A stretch of 64,000 nt of DNA from an uncultured Phascolarctobacterium sp. (GCA_949288065.1 CASEIL010000005.1:53239-117238), one strand, 5' to 3'. Counted from the first letter of the stretch, positions 49,051-58,833 are shown. Translations and numbers: made by a program. The notes: generated by a model not told the origin, from the sequence alone.

Positions 49051-50448
49051 TTACCCTTTGGTAGGGAACACGCCCAGGCCCACGCTCACGGCGCGCTCAC
49101 GCCCGTCGGAAGGGTTATTTAAAATTTTGCCGTCCAGCACCATCTCGCTGCTGCCGCCGCCGTCAAAATTCAGCGCCTCTACCGCGCCCAGCTTCACCAT
49201 GTAATTGGCAAGCTCCGTAAGGCTCATGCCGGCGCTGGCGCTGCTGCGCCCGTCAACCACCAGCAAAATAACCGTGCCGTCCTTTTTAACGCCAATGGCA
49301 GTGCGCGGCGCCCGCCCGCGGGCAATGTCGCCGGCAATATTTTCCTCGCTGCTGCGCACATCGGCTTTGCCGCCTGCCACCAGCGAAGGCCCTGCGCCCA
49401 AAACAAGCTCTGCCTCGTCAGCCACCTCGCTGCCTAAGGTTTCGCGCAGGCGCACACGGTCGCCCACCTGCACGCGCTCCAGCACTTTGGCTGCGTCGCC
49501 GTGGGCGGAAAGCACCACGCTGTCCTTATCCAGCTTCATACTGCCGTTTTTGCTAACTTCCGTTACCCTGCCGTTCGGGGCGATGCGGATTTCGCAGCCC
49601 CACTGGTTAGTTTTAGTGTTTGGCCCGTAGTAATGCGTGTAAAGGACAACGTCGCCCGCAATGCGGCTGCGGTTAATGCCCTTCACGTCGATAAACGTGC
49701 CCAGCTTCGGGAAGAACGCCCGCCCCTGATACGCCAAATCCTTCAGCACCATCGGCTTGCCGTCCGCCACTACAAACGCGCTGCGCGGCTGCGCCTCCAT
49801 GCCCAGCCACTCGCCGTCCAGCTTTAAGTTGCCGATAATCCAGCCATCCGTATCAAAATACGAGGCGTTAACAGCGGCACGCGCGCCCACAGCCTTGCTG
49901 GCCTTCAAAAGCGTGCCGCGCCCGTTTTTATTCACCGCGCCGCTAAAGGGCTTTAAGGTGTAGCGGTTTTTGGGGGCAATCTCCAAAATATTCAGCTCCA
50001 CCGGCAAACCGTTCATGTCCTCGCGGCGGTAAATATGCGTTAAGCCGCGCCCCATATCGTTTTTCTCGCTCTCCACGCGGATGCGGAAAATATCCAGCAC
50101 TAAACGGTCGGGCTGTTTAAGCACAAACACCTTGTGCTGCGCCTCGCTGTTTAAATCAACAATCAGGCGGGTTTTATCGCCCTTTTTATCAAGGCGCGCC
50201 TTTTTAATAATGGGGTCCTTTACTTTAGAAACTATATCGTCCTCAAGCTCAGCGTCAAACTCCAGCACCAGCTGTTTTTTGGTGTTTTTAACTTCCTCGT
50301 AATTAATTTTGCCGTCAACATCAACAACCAAACGTATTTTGCTGGGGCTGCTGCTAAAACGGAAGTTCTCTACCTCCGCCGCCCACGCCGTAAGCGGCAC
50401 CGCTGCCAGCACGCACACCGCCAGCAATTTGCCTAAAGCCTTAAACAT
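49051..50448 (-). CDS. AMIN domain + phosphodiester glycosidase (NAGPA) protein
   Basis: KQPDRLVLDI; AVNASYF, GAGP, APRTAIG, VVDGR, NFDGGGSS. Confidence 0.9.
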   Translation of the reverse strand: MFKALGKLLAVCVLAAVPLTAWAAEVENFRFSSSPSKIRLVVDVDGKINYEEVKNTKKQLVLEFDAELEDDIVSKVKDPIIKKARLDKKGDKTRLIVDLNSEAQHKVFVLKQPDRLVLDIFRIRVESEKNDMGRGLTHIYRREDMNGLPVELNILEIAPKNRYTLKPFSGAVNKNGRGTLLKASKAVGARAAVNASYFDTDGWIIGNLKLDGEWLGMEAQPRSAFVVADGKPMVLKDLAYQGRAFFPKLGTFIDVKGINRSRIAGDVVLYTHYYGPNTKTNQWGCEIRIAPNGRVTEVSKNGSMKLDKDSVVLSAHGDAAKVLERVQVGDRVRLRETLGSEVADEAELVLGAGPSLVAGGKADVRSSEENIAGDIARGRAPRTAIGVKKDGTVILLVVDGRSSASAGMSLTELANYMVKLGAVEALNFDGGGSSEMVLDGKILNNPSDGRERAVSVGLGVFPTKG

Positions 50449-50514
50449 TTTTACCTCCATGCCTTACAAAAACAATACACAGCCCCACAAAAGGCTGTGT
50501 ATTAAAAATCGTCA

Positions 50515-51531
50515 TTAATCGTTGCCCACAACGGAACCCGGGCGCAGGTTGTTCAGCTCGGCAAGCGCCTTGCCGGTGCCAAGTGCCACGCAGTCCAGCG
50601 GGTTTTCGGCAACCGTGGTTTTAATGCCGGTTTCGTCCGTCAAAAGCTGGGCTAAACCGTCCACCAGCGCGCCGCCGCCCGTCAGCACCATACCCTTGTC
50701 CACAATGTCTGCCGAAAGCTCCGGCGGGCATTTTTCCAGCACGCCGCGGATAGTGGCAATCATTGCGTAAACAGGCTCGCGCAAAGCCGCGCGCGCATCT
50801 GCCGACGTTACCTTAATCGTCGTCGGCATGCCCGTAACAAGGTCGCGCCCGCGCACTTCAATATCGGCCGTTTTGCCGTCCGGGTGCACGGTAGCCACGT
50901 TAATTTTAATCTCCTCCGCCGTGCGCTCGCCAATCAGCACATTGTGCACCTTTTTAACGTAGCGCACAATAGCGTCGTCAAAAGCATCGCCGCCAATGCG
51001 GATAGAGGAATCTACCACCACGCCGCCAAGGCTTAAAATGGCAATGTCCGTCGTGCCGCCGCCGATGTCGATAACCATGCTGCCAGAAGGCACGCTGATA
51101 TCAAGCCCCGCGCCGAGTGCGGCTGCCAAAGGTTCTTCAATTAAATAGGTTTTGGATGCGCCCGCCTGCATCGCTGCCTCCAGCACGGCGCGTTTTTCTA
51201 CGGAAGTAATGCCCGTGGGGATGCACACCATAATGCGCGGCTTGGCAAAAAAGCTTTTGCCTGCCACACGCTCCACCACAAACTCCAGCATTTTCTGCGT
51301 TACGGTGTAATTGGCAATTACGCCCTCCTTTAAGGGGCGGATAACCGAAATATTGCCCGGCACCTTGCCAATCATCTCGCGGGCCTCGTTGCCCACGGCC
51401 AGAATTTTATTTTTAGTCCTGTTAATGGCAACCACCGAAGGCTCGTTAAACACAATGCCCTTGCCCTTAATGTATACCAAAAGGTTGGCGGTGCCCAGGT
51501 CGATACCTATATCCACACTGTTAAAAAACAT
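50515..51531 (-). CDS. mreB: Rod shape-determining actin homologue MreB/Mbl
   Basis: GIDLGTAN, EPSVVA, DIGGGTT, LTGGGAL. Confidence 0.95.
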   Translation of the reverse strand: MFFNSVDIGIDLGTANLLVYIKGKGIVFNEPSVVAINRTKNKILAVGNEAREMIGKVPGNISVIRPLKEGVIANYTVTQKMLEFVVERVAGKSFFAKPRIMVCIPTGITSVEKRAVLEAAMQAGASKTYLIEEPLAAALGAGLDISVPSGSMVIDIGGGTTDIAILSLGGVVVDSSIRIGGDAFDDAIVRYVKKVHNVLIGERTAEEIKINVATVHPDGKTADIEVRGRDLVTGMPTTIKVTSADARAALREPVYAMIATIRGVLEKCPPELSADIVDKGMVLTGGGALVDGLAQLLTDETGIKTTVAENPLDCVALGTGKALAELNNLRPGSVVGND

Positions 51532-51547
51532 CTCGTCACCTACTTTA

Positions 51548-52813
51548 TCAATCTTTCGTGCCCACGCGCTCAATATCCGCGCCCAGGCCGCGCAGTTTGG
51601 CCACAATTTCCTCGTAGCCGCGGTCAATATGGTAAATATCGCAAATTTCGGTTGCGCCCTCTGCCACAAGGCCGGCCAAAATCATCGCCGCGCCCGCACG
51701 CAAATCGGTAGCACGCACCGTGCAGCCCGTTAAATGCGCAGGCCCCGTAATAACGGCGCTGCGGCCCTCCGTGCTGATGCTCGCGCCCATGCGGTTCAAC
51801 TCTACCACATGCATAAAACGGTTTTCAAAAACGGTTTCGGTAATTTTGCTGCGCCCCTCGGCCACAGAAAGCATCGCCATCATCTGCGCCTGCATATCCG
51901 TAGGGAAGCCCGGGTACGGCAGCGTTTTAATATCCACAGCCTTTAACTTACCCGTGCCCACAACGTGGATACGGTCAATGTCCTCCTCCACAACGGCGCC
52001 AGCCTCGCGCAGTTTGGCAATCAGCGGCTTCTGGTGCTCCGGCAGCACGTTTTCAATAATCACATCGCCGCCCGTCATCGCAGCGGCAATCATATAAGTG
52101 CCTGCCTCAATGCGGTCGGGAATAACGGAATGCTGAACGCCGTGCAGCTCGCTCACGCCCTCAATGGTAATAACATTGGTGCCTGCGCCGCGCACACGCG
52201 CGCCCATCTGGTTTAAATAGTTGGCAAGGTCAACAATCTCCGGCTCCTCGGCAGGGTTCTCCAAAACGGTAGTGCCCTTCGCCATCGCCGCCGCCATCAT
52301 AATGTTCTCCGTCGCGCCCACGCTGGGGAAGTCTAAATAAATATTGGTGCCAACCATGCCCTCCGGCGCGGAAGCCTCAATATAACCGTGCCCCTGCTCA
52401 ATTTTTACGCCCAAAGCCTCAAAGCCCTTTAAATGCAAATCAATCGGCCTGGTGCCGATGGCGCAGCCGCCCGGCTGCGAAATGCGGGCGTAGCCCTTAC
52501 GGGCGAGCAGCGGCCCCATAACCAAAAACGAAGCGCGCATCGAGCGCACCAGCTCGTAAGGAGCCTCGCACGAGGTAATCTCGCGGCTGTCGATGTTCAG
52601 CGTATGTGGCTCGCTGGCATCTACCTTAATGCCAAGGCACTCCAGCACAGCACAAATAGTGCGCACATCCTCAAGGGCAGGTATCTCATCCAGCCTGCTC
52701 GGCGACGTGCCCAGAATAGAAGCGGCAATAATCGGCAGCACGGCGTTTTTGGCGCCGCTGGTTTTAACCGTGCCGACAAGGCGGTTGCCGCCTTTAACTA
52801 TCAATCTTTCCAA
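51548..52813 (-). CDS. murA: UDP-GlcNAc 1-carboxyvinyltransferase
   Basis: [36 protein letters not shown]. Confidence 0.97.
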   Translation of the reverse strand: MERLIVKGGNRLVGTVKTSGAKNAVLPIIAASILGTSPSRLDEIPALEDVRTICAVLECLGIKVDASEPHTLNIDSREITSCEAPYELVRSMRASFLVMGPLLARKGYARISQPGGCAIGTRPIDLHLKGFEALGVKIEQGHGYIEASAPEGMVGTNIYLDFPSVGATENIMMAAAMAKGTTVLENPAEEPEIVDLANYLNQMGARVRGAGTNVITIEGVSELHGVQHSVIPDRIEAGTYMIAAAMTGGDVIIENVLPEHQKPLIAKLREAGAVVEEDIDRIHVVGTGKLKAVDIKTLPYPGFPTDMQAQMMAMLSVAEGRSKITETVFENRFMHVVELNRMGASISTEGRSAVITGPAHLTGCTVRATDLRAGAAMILAGLVAEGATEICDIYHIDRGYEEIVAKLRGLGADIERVGTKD

Positions 52814-52916
52814 CTGCAAACTCTCCTGTTCTTTCAACCATTCTATAAAATAAGGCAAGCTATTAAAAATAAGTATTTTCTATGGTAGTTTATCACTTTT
52901 TTTGTATATTGGCAAT

Positions 52917-52951
52917 AAAAAACGCTTACCGTTTTTTATAAACGGTAAGCG
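52917..52951 (-). terminator. intrinsic terminator
   Basis: AAAAAACGCTTACCGTTT-ttta-TAAACGGTAAGCG. Confidence 0.8.
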
Positions 52952-52977
52952 CCAAAACTTAAAGCGTTAAGCAGAAA

Positions 52978-53172
52978 TTAAATGCCGCGGTTTTGTACCT
53001 TCAAGCGTTCGGCAAGGATGTTGTAATTGGTTTCCTTTTCCATAATTTCTTTTTTAATTTCGGCAACAACATCGGGGTCTTCTTCAGTTTTCAGGCGTTC
53101 GCGCAGCTCCTTTACTGCCTGCCTGAGTTCAAACATTTTATTTCCGGACACGGTATTGAATACATCAGCCAT
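52978..53172 (-). CDS. Small coiled-coil hypothetical protein
   Basis: 64-aa ORF with GGGAG RBS and its own terminator. Confidence 0.7.
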   Translation of the reverse strand: MADVFNTVSGNKMFELRQAVKELRERLKTEEDPDVVAEIKKEIMEKETNYNILAERLKVQNRGI

Positions 53173-53323
53173 GAAAATCAACTCCCATCATTCTTTGTAT
53201 TTTTATTATACCAAAATATGAGCCTGTAAGCAAAGTTTTATTTTGCCCGCTGTGGTTAAAAATTAAATAAAATTTCACAAATTCCTTTTTGAAACCATTG
53301 CTGCTTAATTAATACTTATTTAT

Positions 53324-54601
53324 TTAATTTTTTAAACATCCAACCGGTACAATATAAATTCCATCTTTACGTCGGTAAGCATATTCCCCAACACCAGTCA
53401 AAACCATCAAAAAAGCCGGTTTTTTCATTTTATCGGAATCCAGAATACTTTCCAGCTTTTTTAAATTTACAACTGCTTCTTCTATCAGCTTATCTCCACC
53501 AAGTTTTATTTCAACCAAACCATAACTGCCGTTGCGTAAATGTACTACGGCATCACATTCTAATCCGTTTTTATCTCTGTAATGATAAACTTTACCGTTT
53601 AAATAATCTGCAAATACCCTTAAATCGCGCACACATAAGGTTTCAAATAAAAGCCCAAAGGTGTTTAAATCGGCTAATAAATCATTCGGCCCAATACCCA
53701 AAGCCGCCACAGCAATAGAAGGGTCAATAAAATATCGTGTATCAGATGTTCTTATAGCTGTTTTCGACCTTAAATTAGGGCTCCAGGCTTCCATATCTTC
53801 AATTACAAAAATTTTTCTAAGCGCATTTAAATATGAATGAATGGTCGAAAAATCTATCTTATCATTATCTCTTAAGGCTATATCATCAAGTATAACCTGC
53901 CTGGTCGCCTGTGTTCCCTGATGCCGCGCATAAGAACGCATCAGCTTTCTTGCTCTTTCAGTATCCCTATTTACACCATCAGCTCTGGATATATCAGAAC
54001 GTACAACAGCTTCATAATATGAATACGCCTGCTCCAACGCCGCTTCTTCATCTTCAATATTTGTTGCCCGCGGCCAACCACCCCTGCACACTAAAAATGC
54101 TAGTTTTTCAATATTTAAAGTATTTCTGCCGTTTATTTCATCCGGAGTTTTGAATAATTCTTCAAGGCTTACCTCACCGGAGGATTCCTGTGATTCAAAC
54201 AAACTCATAGGACGCATCAAAAGCCATGAAAACCTGCCTGTACCAGTATGGTATATGTCCTTATCGGAAGGAGGCACAGAGGAACCGGTTAAAATAAACT
54301 GGCCAAGTTCATCACGGTGGTCTACTTCATAACGTACTGCATCCCATAATTTAGGTGCAAGCTGCCACTCGTCAATCAAACGCGGAACAGCACCTTCCAA
54401 AAGCCTTTGCGGATTTATTTCCGCCATTTCAAGGTATTGATTTTTATTAGCCGGGTCAGACATATATATAACACTCTTTGCCAATTTTTCGGATGTAGTT
54501 GTTTTACCGCACCATTTTGGCCCTTCTATCAAAACTGCACCTATGCTTTTCAACCTTTTTTCTAATACTTTATCTAATATTCTATGTTTGTAAACAGCCA
54601 T
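53324..54601 (-). CDS. AAA+ ATPase (AAA_14) + DUF4143 + PD-(D/E)XK nuclease-like protein
   Basis: Walker A GPKWCGKT, Walker B LIDEWQ, ILTGS, helical TIHSYLNALRKIFVI, C-terminal ECDAVV..VEIKL; AT-rich. Confidence 0.9.
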   Translation of the reverse strand: MAVYKHRILDKVLEKRLKSIGAVLIEGPKWCGKTTTSEKLAKSVIYMSDPANKNQYLEMAEINPQRLLEGAVPRLIDEWQLAPKLWDAVRYEVDHRDELGQFILTGSSVPPSDKDIYHTGTGRFSWLLMRPMSLFESQESSGEVSLEELFKTPDEINGRNTLNIEKLAFLVCRGGWPRATNIEDEEAALEQAYSYYEAVVRSDISRADGVNRDTERARKLMRSYARHQGTQATRQVILDDIALRDNDKIDFSTIHSYLNALRKIFVIEDMEAWSPNLRSKTAIRTSDTRYFIDPSIAVAALGIGPNDLLADLNTFGLLFETLCVRDLRVFADYLNGKVYHYRDKNGLECDAVVHLRNGSYGLVEIKLGGDKLIEEAVVNLKKLESILDSDKMKKPAFLMVLTGVGEYAYRRKDGIYIVPVGCLKN

Positions 54602-54632
54602 AAAAATTTACTCCTCCATATTTTATAGCTTT

Positions 54633-54661
54633 ATTATACAACATTAAAATTTGGCATTCAA
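54633..54661 (-). promoter_or_regulatory. sigma-A-like promoter of the AAA+/DUF4143 gene, abutting the repeat array
   Basis: TTGAAT-17 bp-TATAAT. Confidence 0.7.
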
Positions 54662-54790
54662 CAGTTTGGCGCAAATACATTCCACACTTTGGCGCGTTTT
54701 TATTCCCCAGTTTGGCGCAAATCTATTCCACACTTTAGCGCTTTTTTGTTCCACAGTTTGGCGCAAATTTGTTATACGTTTTGGCGGGCA
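54661..54790. repeat. Tandem array of 23-bp repeats (5 full + 1 partial) with alternating A/B units
   Basis: acagtttggcgcaaatacattcc / acactttggcgcgtttttattcc / ccagtttggcgcaaatctattcc / acactttagcgcttttttgttcc / acagtttggcgcaaatttgttat / acgttttggcgg. Confidence 0.93.
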
Positions 54791-54824
54791 GCAGAACGAC
54801 AGGGTTTAAGGCGTTTTTGTACGC

Positions 54825-54853
54825 AAAAAAGCGGCTGCCGGAGCAGCCGCTTT
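54825..54853 (-). terminator. ompM terminator
   Basis: AAAAAAGCGGCTGC-cgga-GCAGCCGCTTT. Confidence 0.88.
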
Positions 54854-54885
54854 GAGTGCTTTTATTAAACTTATGCAGTTTAAGA

Positions 54886-56086
54886 TTAGAAAGTGAAGTA
54901 GAGTTCGGAGAAGATGGTGTCTGCGTCTTTGCTGTTTTCTTTGCCTTCGAAGTCGTAGTAGTTAACTACTGCAACGATGTTTTTAGCAAGAGCGTAGCTT
55001 GCGCCAACTGCCCAGCCTTTGTAGCCCTGGTCGAAAATGTCGGAACCAGTTACCAAAGTAGATACACCGTTTACATCTTCATAGCTTCTTGCGAAGAAAC
55101 CATCGGTGGTCGGGCTGAGGTAAGCGTTAGCGGACTGGTCGAAGTAACCTACATGCAGGCCATAGGAACCCGGTTCGTCAGCGGAAGCGCCTTTCCAAGC
55201 GAGGTCTGCCCACCAGCCGTCTTTGTCGGTGTCATAGTAATCTTCGTTGCCGCGCATGTATTCAGCAGCCAGTACAAAGTCAGGAGCGAAGTTGTAGTTG
55301 AAGCCTACGTTCCAGATTTCTTTGTCGAGGTTATCAGAGTTAGTCCAGTTACCAACTTTTGCGTGGGAAGAAGAATCAGTTTCATAGTAAGCAGCATAAG
55401 CGTTTACTGCGCCCATGTCAGCTTCAACACCTGCAACATAGAGGCGGTCTTCGGAGTCAATCATGTATTCAACATTGTCGTGGCCGGTGTCTGCACCTTT
55501 AGCAGCCATGCCGAATACTTTTACTTTGTCGCCGTAGGAAACTTTAACGCCGTCGATGTAGGAATCGAGTACGTTACCGGTGAAGAGAACTTCATTCCAG
55601 CGGCCTGCGGTTACGTCCATGCCACCAAGGCGGCCTTCAACATAAGCGCGTTTCAGTTCAACATCATCATCGCCGGATTCGTTGGTATAGGTCTGGTTGT
55701 TTTCGAACATACCGGTGTAGGACCAGTCTTCGTTAACCTGGCCGTTTACCCACAGACGGGAACGGAGAACACCGGTGTCGCCGTCAACGTCGCCGTCAAT
55801 ATCTTTGTAGGATGCACGGAACTGGCCGGTGATTTTTACGTTGTCAGCTTTTTTCTCAAGGTTAGCAACGCGAACGCCAAGGCTGTCGAGTTCGTCAGCA
55901 AATTCAGCAGCGAGTTTGTCAACATTTGCGCCTTTAGCCATAGCTTTTGCAACAATCTGAGCCATTTCATAACGGGTCATCAGTTTGTCGCCGCCGTAGG
56001 TGCCGTCGGGATAACGGGTTAGCGGCATAAGCGCTGGCAGTTACGCCAAGGGCCATAGCCATTGCGAGAACTAAAGATTTTTTCAT
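54886..56086 (-). pseudogene. ompM: OmpM (SLH + porin beta-barrel), disrupted as assembled by an out-of-frame deletion in the SLH domain
   Basis: ATG 56086 gives MKKSLVLAMAMALGVTASAYAANP, then this frame stops at 55969-55967; another frame continues YPDGTYGGDKLMTRYEMAQIVA...SELYFTF. Confidence 0.8.
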
Positions 56087-56319
56087 TTTTCATTCCTCCA
56101 GGGAAAATAAAATTTTTACCCCCTGTCAAATCTTTAGAACAAGCAAACCTTTGCTGTTTGTTAATGCGCGAGTTGCCGTGTTTCCTCTGCACGCCGAAAC
56201 CATAATCAGTATACTTATTCCATCAATTTTTCAGGAGATGTGTACACTTTACCACAATTTCACACCGTCAATATTATTTTACAAATTTCAGTGAATTTTC
56301 ATGAAATTTTTGCGCATAT

Positions 56320-56352
56320 AAAAACAGGCAGCGCACAAATCGCTGCCTGTTT
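56320..56352 (-). terminator. terminator after the PPase gene
   Basis: AAAAACAGGCAGCG-cacaaat-CGCTGCCTGTTT. Confidence 0.85.
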
Positions 56353-56380
56353 GTTAAAAACTTTACACTATTTTGTTTTC

Positions 56381-57718
56381 TTATTTGCTGAAGGCATCCG
56401 TCAGCGGCGGCACAATTTGTTTTTTACGGCTCAGCACGCCGGGCAGGTAATAATGCCCTGCGGCTTCCGGTTTGCCAAAGGCTTCGGTTACTTTGGCCTG
56501 GTTTACGCCTGCCACTAAAAGGTCGGTAGCTTCGGAAAGAATATCCGTTACCATTAAGAAGGAAAGGTCAAAGCCTTCGGCCTCGCGCATTTTTTCCAGC
56601 GCTTCCAACAGTTCGGGCGCTTTATCCAGCCCCTGCTGGCGGCCCATAATGTTAATCTGCGCCACGCTGGCCTTGGTGTCGCCAAAGTCAAATTCCTTCA
56701 GGTCGGTGCGTACCAGCTCATCTGCCGTAAGGCGGGCAATTACGCTGCCCTGTTTAAGCTCTTCCATGGCGTAAGCTTCAAGGTCGTCAAGGCCGACGAT
56801 TTTTTCCAGCCTTGCTGCGGCGTCCTTATCAATCTGCGTGGTGGTGGGGCTGCGGAAATACAGCGTGTCGCTGATGATGGCGGAGAGCAGAAGCCCGGCA
56901 ATTTCGCGCGGCAGCTCAACTTTATAAAGTTCTGCCATGTTGGTGATGATGGTGGCGGTGCAGCCAACTGGTTCCTCGCGGATGTAGATAGGCGCAGCGG
57001 TGTGCAGGCCGCCCATGCGGTGATGGTCGATAACTTCAATAACGTCTGCTTCCTCAATGCCTTCCACGGCCTGGCCGCGTTCGTTGTGGTCCACCAAAAT
57101 AAGCTGCGTTTTGGCAGGTTTTAAAAGGCGAACTTTGTCAATCATGCCGATGTAGCGTCCGTTTTCTACCACGGGGTAGGAGCGGAAGTTGGTATCGAGC
57201 ATGGCATTTTTAACATCGTCCAACAACTCGTTGTTGTTAAAGGCAACCACGCTGGTGGTCATTAAATCCTTAACGGGGGCGTCTAAAAGCTGGCTGTAAT
57301 CCACAGCGCCGCTTTCGTTTTCCTGCGCGCACAGCTCCTTGTAGAAGCATTTGGCAAGGTCGGTAACAGTTACAACGCCTTCAATGTTGTCGGGCGTGCC
57401 CACGGGCATGCAGCGCACGCCGTAATCGGTAAACAGGTGGCTTACCTCGCGCAGTTTGGTTTCGCCGTTAAGCATCGGCACGGCAATCAGCTCAATGTCT
57501 TTTAAGCGGGGGTACATATCCTCCAAAAGCACGGGCTCTTCCACGCCAAAATAGTTTAATACATACTGGGTTTCCGGGTTCAGCGCACCGGCGCGCGCCG
57601 CTACGGCATTTACGCCCAGCTGCCTTTTAAGCCACGCATAAGCGATAGCAGAGCAGATGGAGTCCGTATCCGGGTTGCGGTGGCCAATTACATATACTGG
57701 TTTATCCACGTTCAGCAC
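56381..57718 (-). CDS. ppaC: Mn-dependent family II inorganic pyrophosphatase with CBS pair
   Basis: GHRNPDTDS, LVDHNE, IDHH, SDT, SRKKQIVP. Confidence 0.94.
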   Translation of the reverse strand: MLNVDKPVYVIGHRNPDTDSICSAIAYAWLKRQLGVNAVAARAGALNPETQYVLNYFGVEEPVLLEDMYPRLKDIELIAVPMLNGETKLREVSHLFTDYGVRCMPVGTPDNIEGVVTVTDLAKCFYKELCAQENESGAVDYSQLLDAPVKDLMTTSVVAFNNNELLDDVKNAMLDTNFRSYPVVENGRYIGMIDKVRLLKPAKTQLILVDHNERGQAVEGIEEADVIEVIDHHRMGGLHTAAPIYIREEPVGCTATIITNMAELYKVELPREIAGLLLSAIISDTLYFRSPTTTQIDKDAAARLEKIVGLDDLEAYAMEELKQGSVIARLTADELVRTDLKEFDFGDTKASVAQINIMGRQQGLDKAPELLEALEKMREAEGFDLSFLMVTDILSEATDLLVAGVNQAKVTEAFGKPEAAGHYYLPGVLSRKKQIVPPLTDAFSK

Positions 57719-57799
57719 TTCCTTTTTGCAGGCAGACCGGGCTGCCGTTTAATTTTTCAGTATCTTTTATTATATCATAAATTTAACAAATATACACGC

Positions 57800-58420
57800 T
57801 TATTTGGCTTTGCCGCCCATGGTTTTTAAAAGCTCCGCCGGGTTAATGCCGTGGTAAGCAAGCAAAACTAAGCAATGATACCACAGGCTGCCCATTTCGT
57901 CCAGCACCTCCGGCTTGCTGCCGTTTTTAGAGGCGATTACCGTCGCTGTGGCCTCCTGCCCGACGCGGTTTAAAATTTTATCCTGCCCGCTCATAAATAA
58001 ATAGTGCGTGTAGGATTCTTCGCCGCCAAACTGGCGCTGCTGGCAAATTAATCGGTACAGTTCCGCCAAAACGCCGTGAATGCCGTCCGGCTCCGGCACG
58101 GGCAGGCTGCTTTCGCTCCACAACGGCTGCGTAAATACGCCCAGCCCGTCTGTTTTGGGCACTGCCTTAATTAAGAGCGCCGTGCCTTTTTTGGTGGTGC
58201 TTATCGCCGTTACGGCAAGCTCCGCACCGTCGTCGGCAGAGCTGTACACCGCTTTTGTTTCGGCATCGTACAGCCACAGCGAGCCTGTTTCCGCCGTTTT
58301 GGCAAGCGCCGCGCCGTCCATTTTCGCCAGCGCCAGCACCTCGCCGGTGCCTGCGTCCTGCACAACGGCATTAATCGTGCCGTGCACATTAAATTTTACT
58401 GCTGCAAAATCAATTTTCAT
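57800..58420 (-). CDS. HisIE-like protein with both catalytic sites degenerate
   Basis: AVVQDAGTGEVL..AL.KT.ETG (HisI fold) and SYTHYLF..G.DKIL..VG.EA...LWYH (HisE fold); no DCD/ACH, and GEE is GQE. Confidence 0.8.
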   Translation of the reverse strand: MKIDFAAVKFNVHGTINAVVQDAGTGEVLALAKMDGAALAKTAETGSLWLYDAETKAVYSSADDGAELAVTAISTTKKGTALLIKAVPKTDGLGVFTQPLWSESSLPVPEPDGIHGVLAELYRLICQQRQFGGEESYTHYLFMSGQDKILNRVGQEATATVIASKNGSKPEVLDEMGSLWYHCLVLLAYHGINPAELLKTMGGKAK

Positions 58421-58715
58421 TTTTAACGCCTTCTCTTAAAACGGGCATTACAGAATTGTAGCCATCCGCCCCGTAAACAAGGCAGCGCTTAACGCGCGAT
58501 ATGGTGGCCGTGCTGGCGCCCGTTTTTTCAACTATCTCCTCATAGATGCAGCCGGCGTCCAGCATGCGCGCCACCTCAAGGCGCTGTGCCATCGCTTTCA
58601 GCTCGCTGATGGTGCAAATATCTTCAAAAAAGTCAGAGCACTGCTTTTCATCCTTTAAGCTTAAAACAGCCCTAAACAGCTGCTCAGTAAGTTTATCCCT
58701 TGTTTTTGCCGGCAT
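58410..58715 (-). CDS. YerC/YecD family TrpR-like repressor
   Basis: FFEDICTISELKAMAQRLEVA..TGASTATISRVKRCL.YG.DGY. Confidence 0.92.
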   Translation of the reverse strand: MPAKTRDKLTEQLFRAVLSLKDEKQCSDFFEDICTISELKAMAQRLEVARMLDAGCIYEEIVEKTGASTATISRVKRCLVYGADGYNSVMPVLREGVKNEN

Positions 58716-58833
58716 GGCTGTCCTCCTTTTAATACCCGTTGTTTTTTAGTTTGGATATTGCTGTTCTTTTTAACTTTAATACTTTATTCAGCAAAAAGTC
58801 AAGTAAATTTATAAGATTTTTTAAAAAAATTTG

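Larger units (their letters stand above)
11892..56086 (-). other. Negativicutes outer-membrane/LPS biogenesis gene cluster
   Basis: Co-oriented ompM...tamB-sigma-bamA-ompH-lpx-kds-lpt gene order typical of diderm Firmicutes. Confidence 0.95.

Noticed and set aside
54661-54790. Repeat array as a mini-CRISPR
   Set aside because: Units are contiguous 23-mers, the variable parts are only about 8 nt and themselves alternate, and there are no unique spacers or cas genes.
53244-54790. 7-bp inverted match TGCCCGC / GCGGGCA at the edges of the AT-rich block as terminal inverted repeats
   Set aside because: Too short to distinguish from chance, and no target-site duplication is visible.
54856-56022. 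388-aa plus-strand ORF
   Set aside because: Antisense shadow of the strongly codon-biased ompM; no RBS or recognisable domain.
58770-58792. Possible HisR operator upstream of yerC
   Set aside because: Only direct ACTTTA half-sites, with no convincing inverted partner.
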